A stretch of 64,000 nucleotides of DNA. It comes from Spirogloea muscicola. Lineage: Eukaryota. A program made the translations under genes and the position numbers. Where the stretch lies: positions 200,304 to 264,303 of the forward strand of contig WELB01000030.1 in the NCBI GenBank assembly GCA_009602725.1, written 5' to 3'. Position 1 is the first letter of the stretch; the number at the start of each line of letters is the position of its first letter. The notes beneath the pieces were generated by a model. That model saw only the letters and a list, made by a program, of their open reading frames with translations, made no database searches and was not told the DNA's origin. Positions 26,236 to 36,740 of this stretch are shown here, in pieces.

Positions 26236-29200
26236 AAGCCCATACCTTCTCAATCCAGCCGTGTCGCCCAGCTCGGCAGCGAGGTTCGACGTCTTGTCGC
26301 CGTCCACCATCGTCTGGCCATCCCATGCATCTGCCACGCTCGCCCATGACGGCAGGGTCATCCTGCCAGGAGAAAGAAAGCGGCTGCTGAAATGAAAGAA
26401 TCGGCTGTGAAATGCCAGCCAGATGCATACAGGTGTTCATGACGGAGCCAAAGGCTAGGCAGACAGGGCGCCCTCAATACCCCCGTGTCAGCAGTAGGAA
26501 GTCAGATGAGCTGAGCGTAGGAAGAGCAACCCCGCTGCGCAAGCCAGAGGCTGCTGCAAGGGCGCGACCAGCGCGGCGTTGCAAAGCAAGCGCTTGGGAG
26601 CGCTGCAGGGACATAGACAGTCGCATACGGTAGCAGGACACCAGACCCAAAGGCACCGAGCCACCGGGAAGGGCAGCACCCTGCTCCCGGCGCCGCTGGT
26701 CAGCTTGAGAGGCCAGCAGCGAAAGTAACGAGGACCACCGACCCCCGTAACACCCATGGATGTCCATGGCCAGGGGGTAAAAGGTATCACCCGCCGGGTG
26801 GTCCTTGTACTTGTGCAGCTTCTTCCGTTCGGCTACCTTCACAGCGTAGCCGGTCTCAGAAGTAATGGGGCCCTTCGTCCGGAAGCTGTCGGTGAGGACA
26901 ACGTCCATGAGGAGCCGCTTGCCACCTCCCAGGGGGACGCCGACCAGATCGACACGCCTCGTCCGAGGGACCCCATTGCGGAGGAGGATGGGCATCACCC
27001 CAGTGCTCTCCAACGCCACTTGATATCCCGCCTCCTTGACGATGCCATACATGGCGTCACGTAGGAGGTTGTGGGAGCCCGTGCGCTCACTGCCTTTGGC
27101 ACACCTGAGCATGTGGTCACCCATGAGCAATGCATCATGCTCAATAAGCCCACATTCACATTGGGTCACCTTTGCCAAGCACAGGGATGGCAAGCCAAGA
27201 CGGCGGCGCATAGCATCGCAAAACAAAGCATTCTCCATCCGCAAGCCCGCATGCAAAGGCAAAGCGCGGAGCCACTCAGACGCTCCCAGAGACGAAACAG
27301 ATAGGAGCCGAGCCTGGCCTCGAGCATCTCCTTGGAGGAGACTCCGGAGATGCTCCAGTGGTTGCTCGTCTGCAGCACGGGTAAACCGCGATTGAGCCTT
27401 GACATCAGAAACGTCAGCCCAGGCAGCAAAACTAACAGGCTCATTTACCAGAGGCGGGTATGCGGCAAAGAGGTCCTGTTGGCATGCTTTGAGAGTCACT
27501 TGGAAAGGCAGACTCCCCTGAACCACGGTACTGATGTGAGGCGCCAACACACGTTGTTGCCCAAGGAGGAATCGTCCAGATATGGACGAAGCCACCTGGG
27601 CCCAGCAGCCAAGGTACGCTGGTCTGCACAAGCGGACCAAGGGGCGACAACCAAGCCCACCGAGACGGATGGGCAGCGTACATTGCACCAGTGCTGCTGG
27701 GGACTGCTCTAGAAGTGGGTGAGCAATCATGTCAGCTAGGCATCGTTGGAGCCTGACATCTATGGATGCATAGACCTCATCCATGGTAACCGAAGGTGGG
27801 ACCGTTCTTAAGAGGTAACACGGCCGCTGTGCCACACTCCTGGTCAAAATGGCCACTGCCAACTGAGAGTCCCCGAGGGTGGGGAGCTCTGGCAGGACCT
27901 GCATATATCCTTGGAGACGAGCAAGGACAGCACCCTCCGAGAAAGACGGGTCCCCTACAGGCACTCCCAAGATCTTCAAACCGCCCTCTGGTGTCTGACA
28001 AGATGTAGGCAACGAGGGAAGGAGGGAAAGAGGGATGCCATTGGGGGACCAGGCAGAGCACTTGGCAGTACTTATCCCAAGCCCGATGAGCTGGAGCTGG
28101 TGCTGAAGCGTGCCAAAAGCTCGCAGCACCTCCTCTGGGGGGCCGAGGAGCGTAGTATCATCCGCGTAACTCGGGAGGAGAACGCCAGGGTGAGCGCTCG
28201 CCGTGTTGCGCAAAGCACGGTGATGCGCCAGAGCAAAGAGAAAACCACCCATGGGATCACCTTGACGTGTCCCCGTCTTTGACTGCAAAACAGCCAAAGA
28301 AGTCCCTGCCCCCCACAACAATGCAGATGGCGAGCCATACATGCAGCGGAAGTGAGGGAGGAGGGTGGGAAAGTACTGCCTTAGCTCCTCGGCGATAACC
28401 TGCCGATCCACGGAGTTGAAGGCGTTCTGTACGTCCACGCTCAGGGCCAGCCAATGGGGGTTTACATCCAGTGCCGCTCGTACCCCGTGCACCAGGGTCT
28501 CAGCGCCAGCACGCATCCCAGCCCCAAACTGGTGGGGATGGAAGTGCGCCTGGGCATCGTCCTGGATCTGCATGATTAGGGTGCGCCCCACAAGGCGCGC
28601 CAGAACCTCCCCCATCGAGATAGGACGCACTCCGCCGTTGTCCTTCTGCAAAGCAATGAGATTGCTTGTGCAGAGGACTGCGCCTACACGATGGGTGAGG
28701 TGCCCACGCGCAACATGTTGCGCGACCCTATGCAACAGATCGAAATCCTCCCGAGTCCTCCTCCCCATATAACTCCCGCAAGTGCTCAAAGAGCATGCCA
28801 GATGGACCCCCGGCGACTGCCTTGCGGCTATTCACAATCGCCCGACGGAAGACAGCCGGGTCCAGGTCCACCGGTTCAGCAGGCATGAAGCTCTCCATCT
28901 ATGTATCTAATCTTCGCGGGGCCGAAGGATGGAGCTGCTCGAGTGCGGCCAAGGTTGCCGCATCATGCGGTGCTGGTGTTGAGGGCTCCAAGGCTTGGGC
29001 AGCCCTGCCAAGGTCGCCGGCTCGCCCATATCGGATGGCACGTCGTTTGCCCGCCTCCTTAATATCGGATTCCGACGTGGTGGGCCGATAGTTGGCTTGC
29101 GCAAGTTGCGCAGCCGCTTGGTGCTTTGCAAGTAGCAGCTGCCACTCTCCACCTTCAAATAGGTGGAGGCGCAGCAGCAGCTCCTTGCGACCTACCTTCC

Positions 29201-30323
29201 CCTGCGGCAGGCGACCAAGCAAGAGTCGCAGAAACAACACAAACACAGCCCATGCAGCCTCATCCTCGCTGTCACGAGCCAGACGTGTCAGAAGGGGCCG
29301 AAGGGCTCGCCGTATGTGGGGCCGGGCCCAATACGGGATGTGTCGTGGAGCTGCGCGTTGGTCGTCCGCAGGATCTCGGAGACGTCCACGCTCTCCGCCC
29401 ACCGCCAGTGTTCTGCCGTAGGCCCTGGTGGTGGTGGTGGCCTCGCCCCTCTTGTAGGGGCTCTGCGAGCCCGAGCGGTGGCGGATGCCTCTGCCTGCTG
29501 CGCCTCTCTGTTAGCAGAACGCACGCAGGCCCGCTCGTGCGAGCTCAGACCCACCTTGTTGGCACATCGCCGCCGGCAGAGCCGGCAGCGGAGCTCAACA
29601 GGCGGGCAAGAGGTTGCCTCCGCAGGGGGCCGGAGGTCCTCTTGGCCCTGCTCCCCTTCCCGAGGTGCAGCTGATACAGCGGCATCGCCAGCCACGGGCC
29701 CGTCAGCATCACCAGCGCCACTGCCACCACTCGCCGAACCCATGGCGACAACCACTTCCAAGCGCCGCCTGGCTCCTCCGCTGCGGCGACCTCCCCTCCA
29801 AGATGCAGGGGGGTTTGCGCAGGAGGAAGCCCGTACACGTTCCCGGCCCCAACCAAGTACTCGAGGGCCACAACTGTCTGTGGAGGCCCTTCTCGCCACA
29901 GAACCTCGACAACCAGATGATTGCACCGCCCATCGCTCGCCGTCCTTGCCTGCCTCCCTCCTCTACTTCCAGAACGCCCCCCTCACGTTCTCGGCGCCGG
30001 CTGCGAAGGGCGTCTCTGTGGTGCTGATCGATCCCGGCGTGAGATCTCATGGCCTCAACATGGGCCAGCGCATGGCCAAGCTGCAGTCCACCAAGTTTGT
30101 CGCCAATGGCAATGGCACATTCTCGACAACAGTCACCCTCCCGCCCAACAGCAACATCGCCCCCCCAGGATACTACTTGCTCCTTGTATATGTCACACCT
30201 GGCTGTGTTGGCGCAGCCGTTGTGCCATCTATAGGTAGGTGGGTGCAACTAGGTGGGATCCCAGCCTACCCGCCACCCCCGCCTTCGCCTCCCCCCTCAC
30301 CGCCACCACCAGGCTCTCGTTGA
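26236..30323 (+). pseudogene. C-terminal fragment of a glyoxal/galactose oxidase-like (AA5, DUF1929) gene with a Pro-rich tail, split by a retrotransposon
   Basis: The left part (26236-26372) reads PYLLNP..RFDVLSPSTIVWPSHASATLAHDGRVILPG. The right part (from 29826) reads GSPYTF..LSVEA/FSPQNLD..SHGLNMGQR..LPPNSNIAPPGYYLLLV..VPSIGRWVQL-PPPPPSPPPSPPPP*. It has frameshifts and no N-terminal half. Confidence 0.85.
26373..29819 (-). mobile_element. Near-full-length CRE-like non-LTR retrotransposon (zinc finger + RT + CCHC + restriction-like endonuclease), TSD CAGGAG
   Basis: Zinc finger CRLCRRRCANKVGLSSHERAC. RT motifs AGGPSG, VRPISMGE, DVQNAFNSVDR, GTRQGDPMG, YADD, ILGVPVG. CECG..DHMLRC..SHN; RVDL..MDVV..AERKKLHKY..YPLAMDIHG; ends LLLTRGY* at 26474. 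Disrupted by frameshifts at ~29350 and ~28745 and a TAG at 28899-28901. CAGGAG occurs at 26367-26372 and 29820-29825. Confidence 0.92.
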
Positions 30324-31100
30324 TCAATGGTTGCAGGCGATACCCACCACTCAATCCACTTCCTTACCTGCTGATAGATCAAGTACTGCTCACAGCTGTT
30401 TAAGAGCTCTCGAGCTTGTAAAGCACAGAAGATCACCGCATCTTGTAGTCTGTCAGAGCACCAAAGGCGACAATGTGCTCAAGCTTTGTCAATGTATCAC
30501 AAGTCTATCGCAAGTAGATATGTCATATTTCTGTTGTTAGCAGGCCTTCACCCAAAACCCAAGTCACAGTGCCACATAATCCGCCCCCCTTCCAGCCGAG
30601 GGCCCGTTATTCTTCCTCTACAGGAGTTTAGACCCCTCAGCAAGATGTCCAATTCTTTTATTCTTTGCTTCTTTGATTTCTCAAGGAGAAATTACGTTGC
30701 CATCAATCAGCTGGACAGTCTGTCTCTTAAGCAAAACCATTTCTCTTTCTGACTCATTTTAACGAGCAGACTCACATGTCAATGGCACTTCCCCAAAAAT
30801 TCTAAGATTTTGACTGCGGTAAGTAGTCAACAGTATCCATGTATATGTATGTGATACAAATGTCATGCGTACATCACTTGACATTAAATCAAGGTATACA
30901 TTCCTGGTGCTTGCAGTTACGAGCAGGTATAGGGGTGCAGGCAGCTTTACAACCTGACACTGTGGCAAACTAGTTGCCCACAGTGCCTGTGGGCAACTAG
31001 GCATACACATGTGCAGCACATGTGCAAGCATATCAAGGTTCGTATTGCAATGTATGTCTAGACAGTGTGCATAGCACCTCGTGATTGTAGGGTCAGGTAT

Positions 31101-31445
31101 ATGGTGGAGGTGGAGATGGAGGTGGAGGTGAAGGTGGAGGTGGAGATGGAGGTGGAGGTGGAGGTGGAGGTGGAGGTGGCGGCGGAGGCGGAGGCGGATG
31201 TGGAGGTGGAGGTGGAGATGGAGGTGGAGGTGGAGGTGGAGGTAGAGGTGAAGGTGGAGGTGGAGAAGGAGGTGAAGAAGAAGTGGCACTCCCAATGGGG
31301 GCAAGGGCTGCGAAAAGCCAGCCCAAAAAGAATTGACAAAGGTGGAGGTGCAGGTGGAGGTGGAGGTGGACGTGGTGGTGGAGGTGGACGTGGTGGTGGA
31401 GGTGGACGTGGTGGTGGAGGTGGACGTGGAGGTGGAGGCGGCCGC
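31101..31445. repeat. (GGTGGA)n / Pro-codon microsatellite encoding the HIPL tail
   Basis: Long ggaggt hexamer array with (ggacgtggtggtggaggt) subrepeats. Confidence 0.9.
31275..31343 (-). mobile_element. 69-bp ultra-truncated CRE-like 3' end inserted in the Pro repeat
   Basis: Nearly identical to the element end at 49535-49601 (aagaagaagtggcactcccaatg..gggctgcgaaaagccagcccaaaaa..ttgacaaaggt). Candidate TSD GGAGGTG at 31268-31274 and 31344-31350. Confidence 0.85.
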
Positions 31446-34400
31446 TGCGGCAGAGGACTGGGGGAGCTGGGAGGAGGGGGCCTTGACGGCGATGGTGGGG
31501 GAGGAGGCGGGGAGCTGGGAGGCGGCGGTGGCGGCCTCGGCGGTGGGGGCGGCGGGCTTGGGCTTGCCGGAGGCGGTGCCGGCTGCGCAGGGCAGCCAGG
31601 GATGGCGCAGCGGTCGTGGCCGGTGACCTTGTACACGCCGCTTGGGGTCAGCATGTATGGATCGCCGTTGTAGTCCTCACCCCAGCTGTGGATCTCTGGC
31701 ACCGCGAGCGCACCGCCAGGCGTGTAGTTGAACGGGAAAGCAAGCGTGGTGTCAAGGGCAGCGTAGAAGTTTTTCAAACAGCTTGGCCATGGTGGTCCAC
31801 CGCGGCTGCCCAGGCGCGCTCGTGTCGGTCGCAATCCATGCCGCGCCATATTGGTCGTTGTAGAAGTACTTGCCATTGTAGCAAGGGACACGCGGCGAGC
31901 GATATATGGGGCCACCGATGATAGCTACGGAGGTCACATTGACATGCGGGTCCTGGTGCAAGTAAGTCAACTTCGGCCACTGCGGCCAGAAAGGAATGAG
32001 AAGCTTGTGTCAGCGATACTGTCTCTGCAGAAGTCATGAAAGCGCTTCAGGTCCCTCCAGCTTTGGCAAGACAACTGCATGATTGATGGTGGAGACGCAA
32101 GTCATCGGCAGCAATGGCTGGGCCTCAAGGGCTCCCACCATTAGCGTTTCAAAGATGTTGGAGGGGTCGGTGAAGCTGCCTGGCGGGGCATGCTTGTCGT
32201 ACATTTCGACTATTGTGAAATTCAACGTTCCTGTGCAATCAAAGTGGCAGCTGCATATTCAGATGGGCACCTTGCCATACATCCGGTCCATAAGAGCTGG
32301 CACCAGCAGGTAGCCCATCAATGCGCAGCAGCAAATGCTGGTGATGCCTTGGTGGAGCTCCTGCCAGGGGCGAAACTCCACACGCACCTTCAAACATATG
32401 CCAACCGAAGTTTCCTCCAGCTTCCATGACATCAATCTCCTCCATGGTGTCCTGCAGTGCAGGAAGTCTAAGCTGATGAAGGCTCCCAATGCTTGCAGTA
32501 GTGGCAACAGCGACGACAGCAACAAAAAGCGGGATCTGGCTTTTGCAGCTATGCAGTCAGGGCGTGGCTGGCCGCCAGACCTGGCCAACATCAGCACAGA
32601 GGAAGTCACCATTGTCGCGGTCAAAAGTGCAGCTCCAGGGGTTGCGCAAGCCAAGCGCATAGATTCCGGGGCGAATCCCTGAGACGCCAACGAATGGGTT
32701 ATTGGACGGTATGCCGTATGGACTGCTTGCTGTGTAGTCATCCACGCATAGCCGCAAAATCTTCCAGAGGAAGGTCGTGACCCGCTGTGCGAAGTTGAAG
32801 ATGTCGCCAGCTCCACCTCCATCACCGGACATGTAGTACATGTAAGGCTGCAGCACGGTGCGCCGGGAGAGCAGGTGGCCGCCATTGTGGTTGCTGTAGG
32901 GCCTGTACACAAAGGCTGTGGGACTCGCCAGCCGAAGTCAATATCCAATGGGAGGGCAGCTGCTGCGACCATGATGCCTCGCCCCGCCAAGGAGCTCCCC
33001 TAGCGTGCCCTACCTTGCAAATGTTAGGAGCCTCCAGACTTCGGCATTGATGGCGACTGTCGCTGTACGTGGGCTGTGGCCGGCACTGTACTCAGCAACA
33101 ACCGTGTTGGCCTGACACAAGGGCTGCTGCGAGTCACTGACGTCGGGCTGCGGGATAGAGCACTGATTGACCACATTGCACTCGCACGGCCCCTGGCAGT
33201 CCGGGTGCTTGGTGCCATTGCAGATGTACGACACGAAGAAGCGGCCATTGACAAGGTAGTTCGGGTGCAGAGCAAATCCCAGCAGGCCACGCTCGCCGTT
33301 GGCTACAGTCCTCAAGTGAATATCAAGAAATTGCACACGTGAAGAGCGTGAAGAGGTCAGACCTTCGCCAAGGCGTGGCGGCCTCGTCACTGGAGGCGGC
33401 AAGCGCTGGCGCTGGAGCAGCACCAACCAGCAGCACGCTTGGCCTAGGAGTTTGGCTTACAGTGCTCCTGTTGGCAAACTTCTTGCCGCTGCCTTCTGGC
33501 GGGGCCTGCGCAAGCAAAACAAATCCGGTGCGGGTGTGCAGGAAGAGGCGGTTGGAGCCGTCGCGGTTGCGGTAGCATGCCCAGGTAGTACTGGTTATCG
33601 ACACGGTCGAGACAGATATCGGGCAGAGGCGGCGCCGAGCCGGCCGGCGGAGGCGGCACGTACGGTGGTGGTGGCGGTGCTGGGGGCAGAGGGCCGTCGG
33701 GATCGTAAGGCGAGCCGGAGAAGCAGCGGTCCTGGTATGGCGACGCACAGAAGTCGAGCCGGAATGCATCCACTGTCGGGTATTGGTCTAGCAGGCAGAA
33801 TTGTGCCGCGCTTGGCGGCACGTTGAGCTCGTCCTGCTGCGCCTGCAGGTACTGGAGGTAGAATGGCGAGTACGTGATGTTGAGGCCAGCACACGCTGCG
33901 TACGCGCCGTCGCAGTAGCTTCCCAAGCAGAGCAGCGGCAGAGCGCGCGCCGCGCCGACTTCTGAGTCGAACAGGTGCGACGCCCACGGGTCGCATTGCT
34001 GCATGGACGCATGGCAGGTGGTCGTCGAGCCCGTCAGAGAGCGTCGCGACGGAGCACACTGATCGGCGACCAGGGTGGCCGCTGATCGATAATTCAGCAA
34101 CTGGGTATGTGAGGGAGCTCACCGCGCAGGTGGCGAGCTGCAAAAAAGGCCGCAAGCTGGTCGTCGGAGCCACCCGAGAAGGCCATCTTGGCGACCTGCT
34201 GCTGCAATTGGACGTCCGCGTGGTAGTCGCAGCACCCCAGGCTGGAATACGCGCCGCCGTAGAGCTTCATGCAGAAGGGGCCCGCAGGGGAACTGCGGCA
34301 CAGGCCCAGCTGCGAGCGCCCCACGACCAGAGCTCCCATCAGGGCGGCCATGCCAGGCACAACTGTGACGGAGACATGGTCTCTTCCCGAGACCGAGGCG

Positions 34401-35039
34401 CTACTGGCGAGAGCTGACCACACGGAGGAGCTGGCTACGGCCGCAAGACCAGCGGAAGGGCTCACAGAAGTCCTCGCAGATGGGTGCGCCAGCGCAGTCC
34501 TGACGAGCAGCAGCGCGGCGGCCGCTATGCGCGCCAGCCATCTGCCGCGGCGAGCGGCCGCCGGGGCGCGGCTGCCGCCCCTCGCCGCCGAGGAGCCATG
34601 GCGCGCTCGCGGGCCGTCGGGCCAGGCTGCGCTCGGTCAGCGGCACTCGGGCGTGCTGGCCATAGCCGGCTCGAGCGGCAGCCGCGGCTCTGGGCCTGCC
34701 CCCCGGGCCTCCCAGGGCCTGGGGGCCAGCTCCGGCGGCGGAGGGGGGGCTCGAACCCGAGTCCTCGGCTGGGCTGGCTNGCCTTCCGCGCGCCGCACGC
34801 GCAGCACGTGCTGCGCAGGACCACACGTGCACGCGGCGCTCCGCGCCAAGGATGCCTTGTCGCGACGCGCGCGCGGCCGCGGCCGCGGCCAGAGCGCCGC
34901 ATCTCGCGGCGCTTTTGTCGCCGCATGACTTTTGTGTCGCCTCTGTTCGGCGCACCTGCGGCGACCCCGGCGTGCGGCACGTGCTCGCACCAGCTCGCGC
35001 AGCCGCCGACTCTAGTACGACGGCGGCCCGTGACCTCCA

Positions 35040-35885
35040 TCCAGTCAGTCCGACTTGCACTTACTTACTGACTGGATGTTAGTGCGAGCCCACTTGCTGG
35101 CGTCGTGAAGATCAGTATCCTGCATTTTGCGCCATTCGGCCCCTTCACACCTTGTCCATGCCTTTGGGCTGGCCTCTCACAGCAACTGCTGTCAATATGT
35201 TTTCTTTCCACGGCCAGCCTTCCGCTAGCTTGTCAACTATTTCCGCACTTCTTCTGCTTCTTCGTCCGGGCTGGCTGTTCACAGGCCGCCGCTGTTGGGA
35301 ATGCCACTTTCTCTGGAAGAGCTTACTTCTTACGCTCCAGAGTGCCCGGAGGAGCCCCGCAGCTTGCTGCTCGGAGTGAAGCTGATTCCGGGTGGAGCTC
35401 CCTCTCCCAGGCGGCAGCTGGGCGGCCACACGACGCGGCGAGCAGGCCGGGGCTTCAAGCAGCGTGGCCAGCTCCCAGCAGTGCGTTGGTGTAACGGACT
35501 CGTCACTAGTAGCATGGTGTTGAAGTGGGTTTGGATACTTGTAAGTAGTCGTAGAGACGATGCTGCGCTTGGACAATACTCCTATAAGGGACGTTTCACC
35601 ATCTGGGCAGCACTATCGACAGGCCAGAATTTCGGGCATCTGGCCTGACGACGACGCCGCCACGGCCACCGCCGGGCGGAGATCCAGGGCACCTGACGAT
35701 GGCGGCGGCTCCGCGTCTGGGACTAAGGGCTCCCTCTCCTGGATCAGACATATATAGACGGACGGCCTAAGTGCCAAAAAGTGTCAAAGGCAAGCACATC
35801 AACAGAAGTACATCACCTGCTGGTAAGCTGACCTGCTCGATAACCACGAGTCAGCACGTTAGAGGTCGCTGACTGATACCCATGA
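35040..35885. mobile_element. CRE-like relics upstream of the HIPL gene (+ at ~35040-35335, - at ~35760-35885)
   Basis: gggctggcctctcacagc and gggctggctgttcacaggcc..gggaatgccactttc motifs. The minus-strand gtgctgactcgtggttatcgagcaggtca..gatgtgcttgccttt matches the copies at 8565 and 45485. Confidence 0.7.
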
Positions 35886-36740
35886 ATTGGCTGGCGAATG
35901 ACAAATCTCTTGCCACCAACTTAAAGCTCTACCAGCTTCTGGTGCACAACATGACACTGACTTGCCTCGACTGCAAATGGCAAGGCAGGTCTTATGCTCT
36001 CAATGGTGATGTTTAAAAGGAAAGATGGGGATCCTCTTATCAATCTGACGTGGATTCAAAAGCACGCAAAGCACAGCTTGACTTGCATAGTGTCCAATTA
36101 AGTCCAATTGTCTTGCTTGTAGCCTTAGTAGTGCTAGCTTCCTGGTGATGTCAACGTATTGCATGTCCTTTGTAGGTTTTGAAGAAATCACCTCCAATAG
36201 ATCACTAGGGCTACTTAATGCCGTACTCCTTAACCAAAACAGTGAGGTGACTCGTTCAAGGTGTGCAAATATTTTGGTAAAGATGCAATAGGAGCCAGGG
36301 CTAATTGGCAGAATGTAAGTAGCAATACTCAGGAAAGGAAACGATGCTGCATGACATGAAAGCTGTCTACTTCAACAAAGACTCGATACCCAAACGCAGT
36401 GGCTTTAGCAAGCTGGATAAGCCATCAGCTAGCTGCAACCTAGCTGTGACTACCTGTGCAAGCAGATGGCCCCTACTTGCCTTGCAACATATTCTGGTCC
36501 AAATGCGTCAGCAATGTCTGTGCCACATAGGATCATCTGTCCGCGACACCGTTGCTGGACATACTCAAGCAGAAAAGTCATCAGTAAGGTCAGGCCTCTA
36601 CAGGCTGGGGGGAAAGAGGAGCCGAGCAAGAACTCAGTAGTCCTCCGCATGCTTTGCTCAGCATCAAACTCTGCATTAGGCAAGTGATTGCACGCTCAGC
36701 AATTGTTCAAACTACTGGAAGCCAGCGTGCACCTGAGCGG

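Larger units (their letters stand above)
31093..34599 (-). pseudogene. HIPL/HHIP-like protein (Cys-rich N-domain + glucose/sorbosone dehydrogenase beta-propeller) with extensin-like Pro tail; multiple frameshifts
   Basis: Signal peptide ..ALAHP/ICED; GCCD; QCDPWASHLF..LPLLC; DGSNRLFL; GERGLLGFALHPNYLVNGRFFVSY; NHNGGHL..GDGGG; YGIPSNNPF..IYALGLRNPWSCTFD; GGNFGWHMFEG; IIGGPIYR; SWGEDYNGDPY. Apparent 1-bp indels near 34550, 34481, 34150, 33568 and 31772. Confidence 0.8.

Noticed and set aside
28899..28901. Programmed readthrough or frameshifting in the retroelement ORF
   Set aside because: The TAG is simply explained as TGG>TAG. The indels have no evident slippery-site signal, and neighbouring genes show similar lesions.
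29163..30323. 386-aa + strand ORF as a real fusion protein
   Set aside because: Its first two-thirds is the antisense strand of the retroelement, joined by chance to the DUF1929 fragment.
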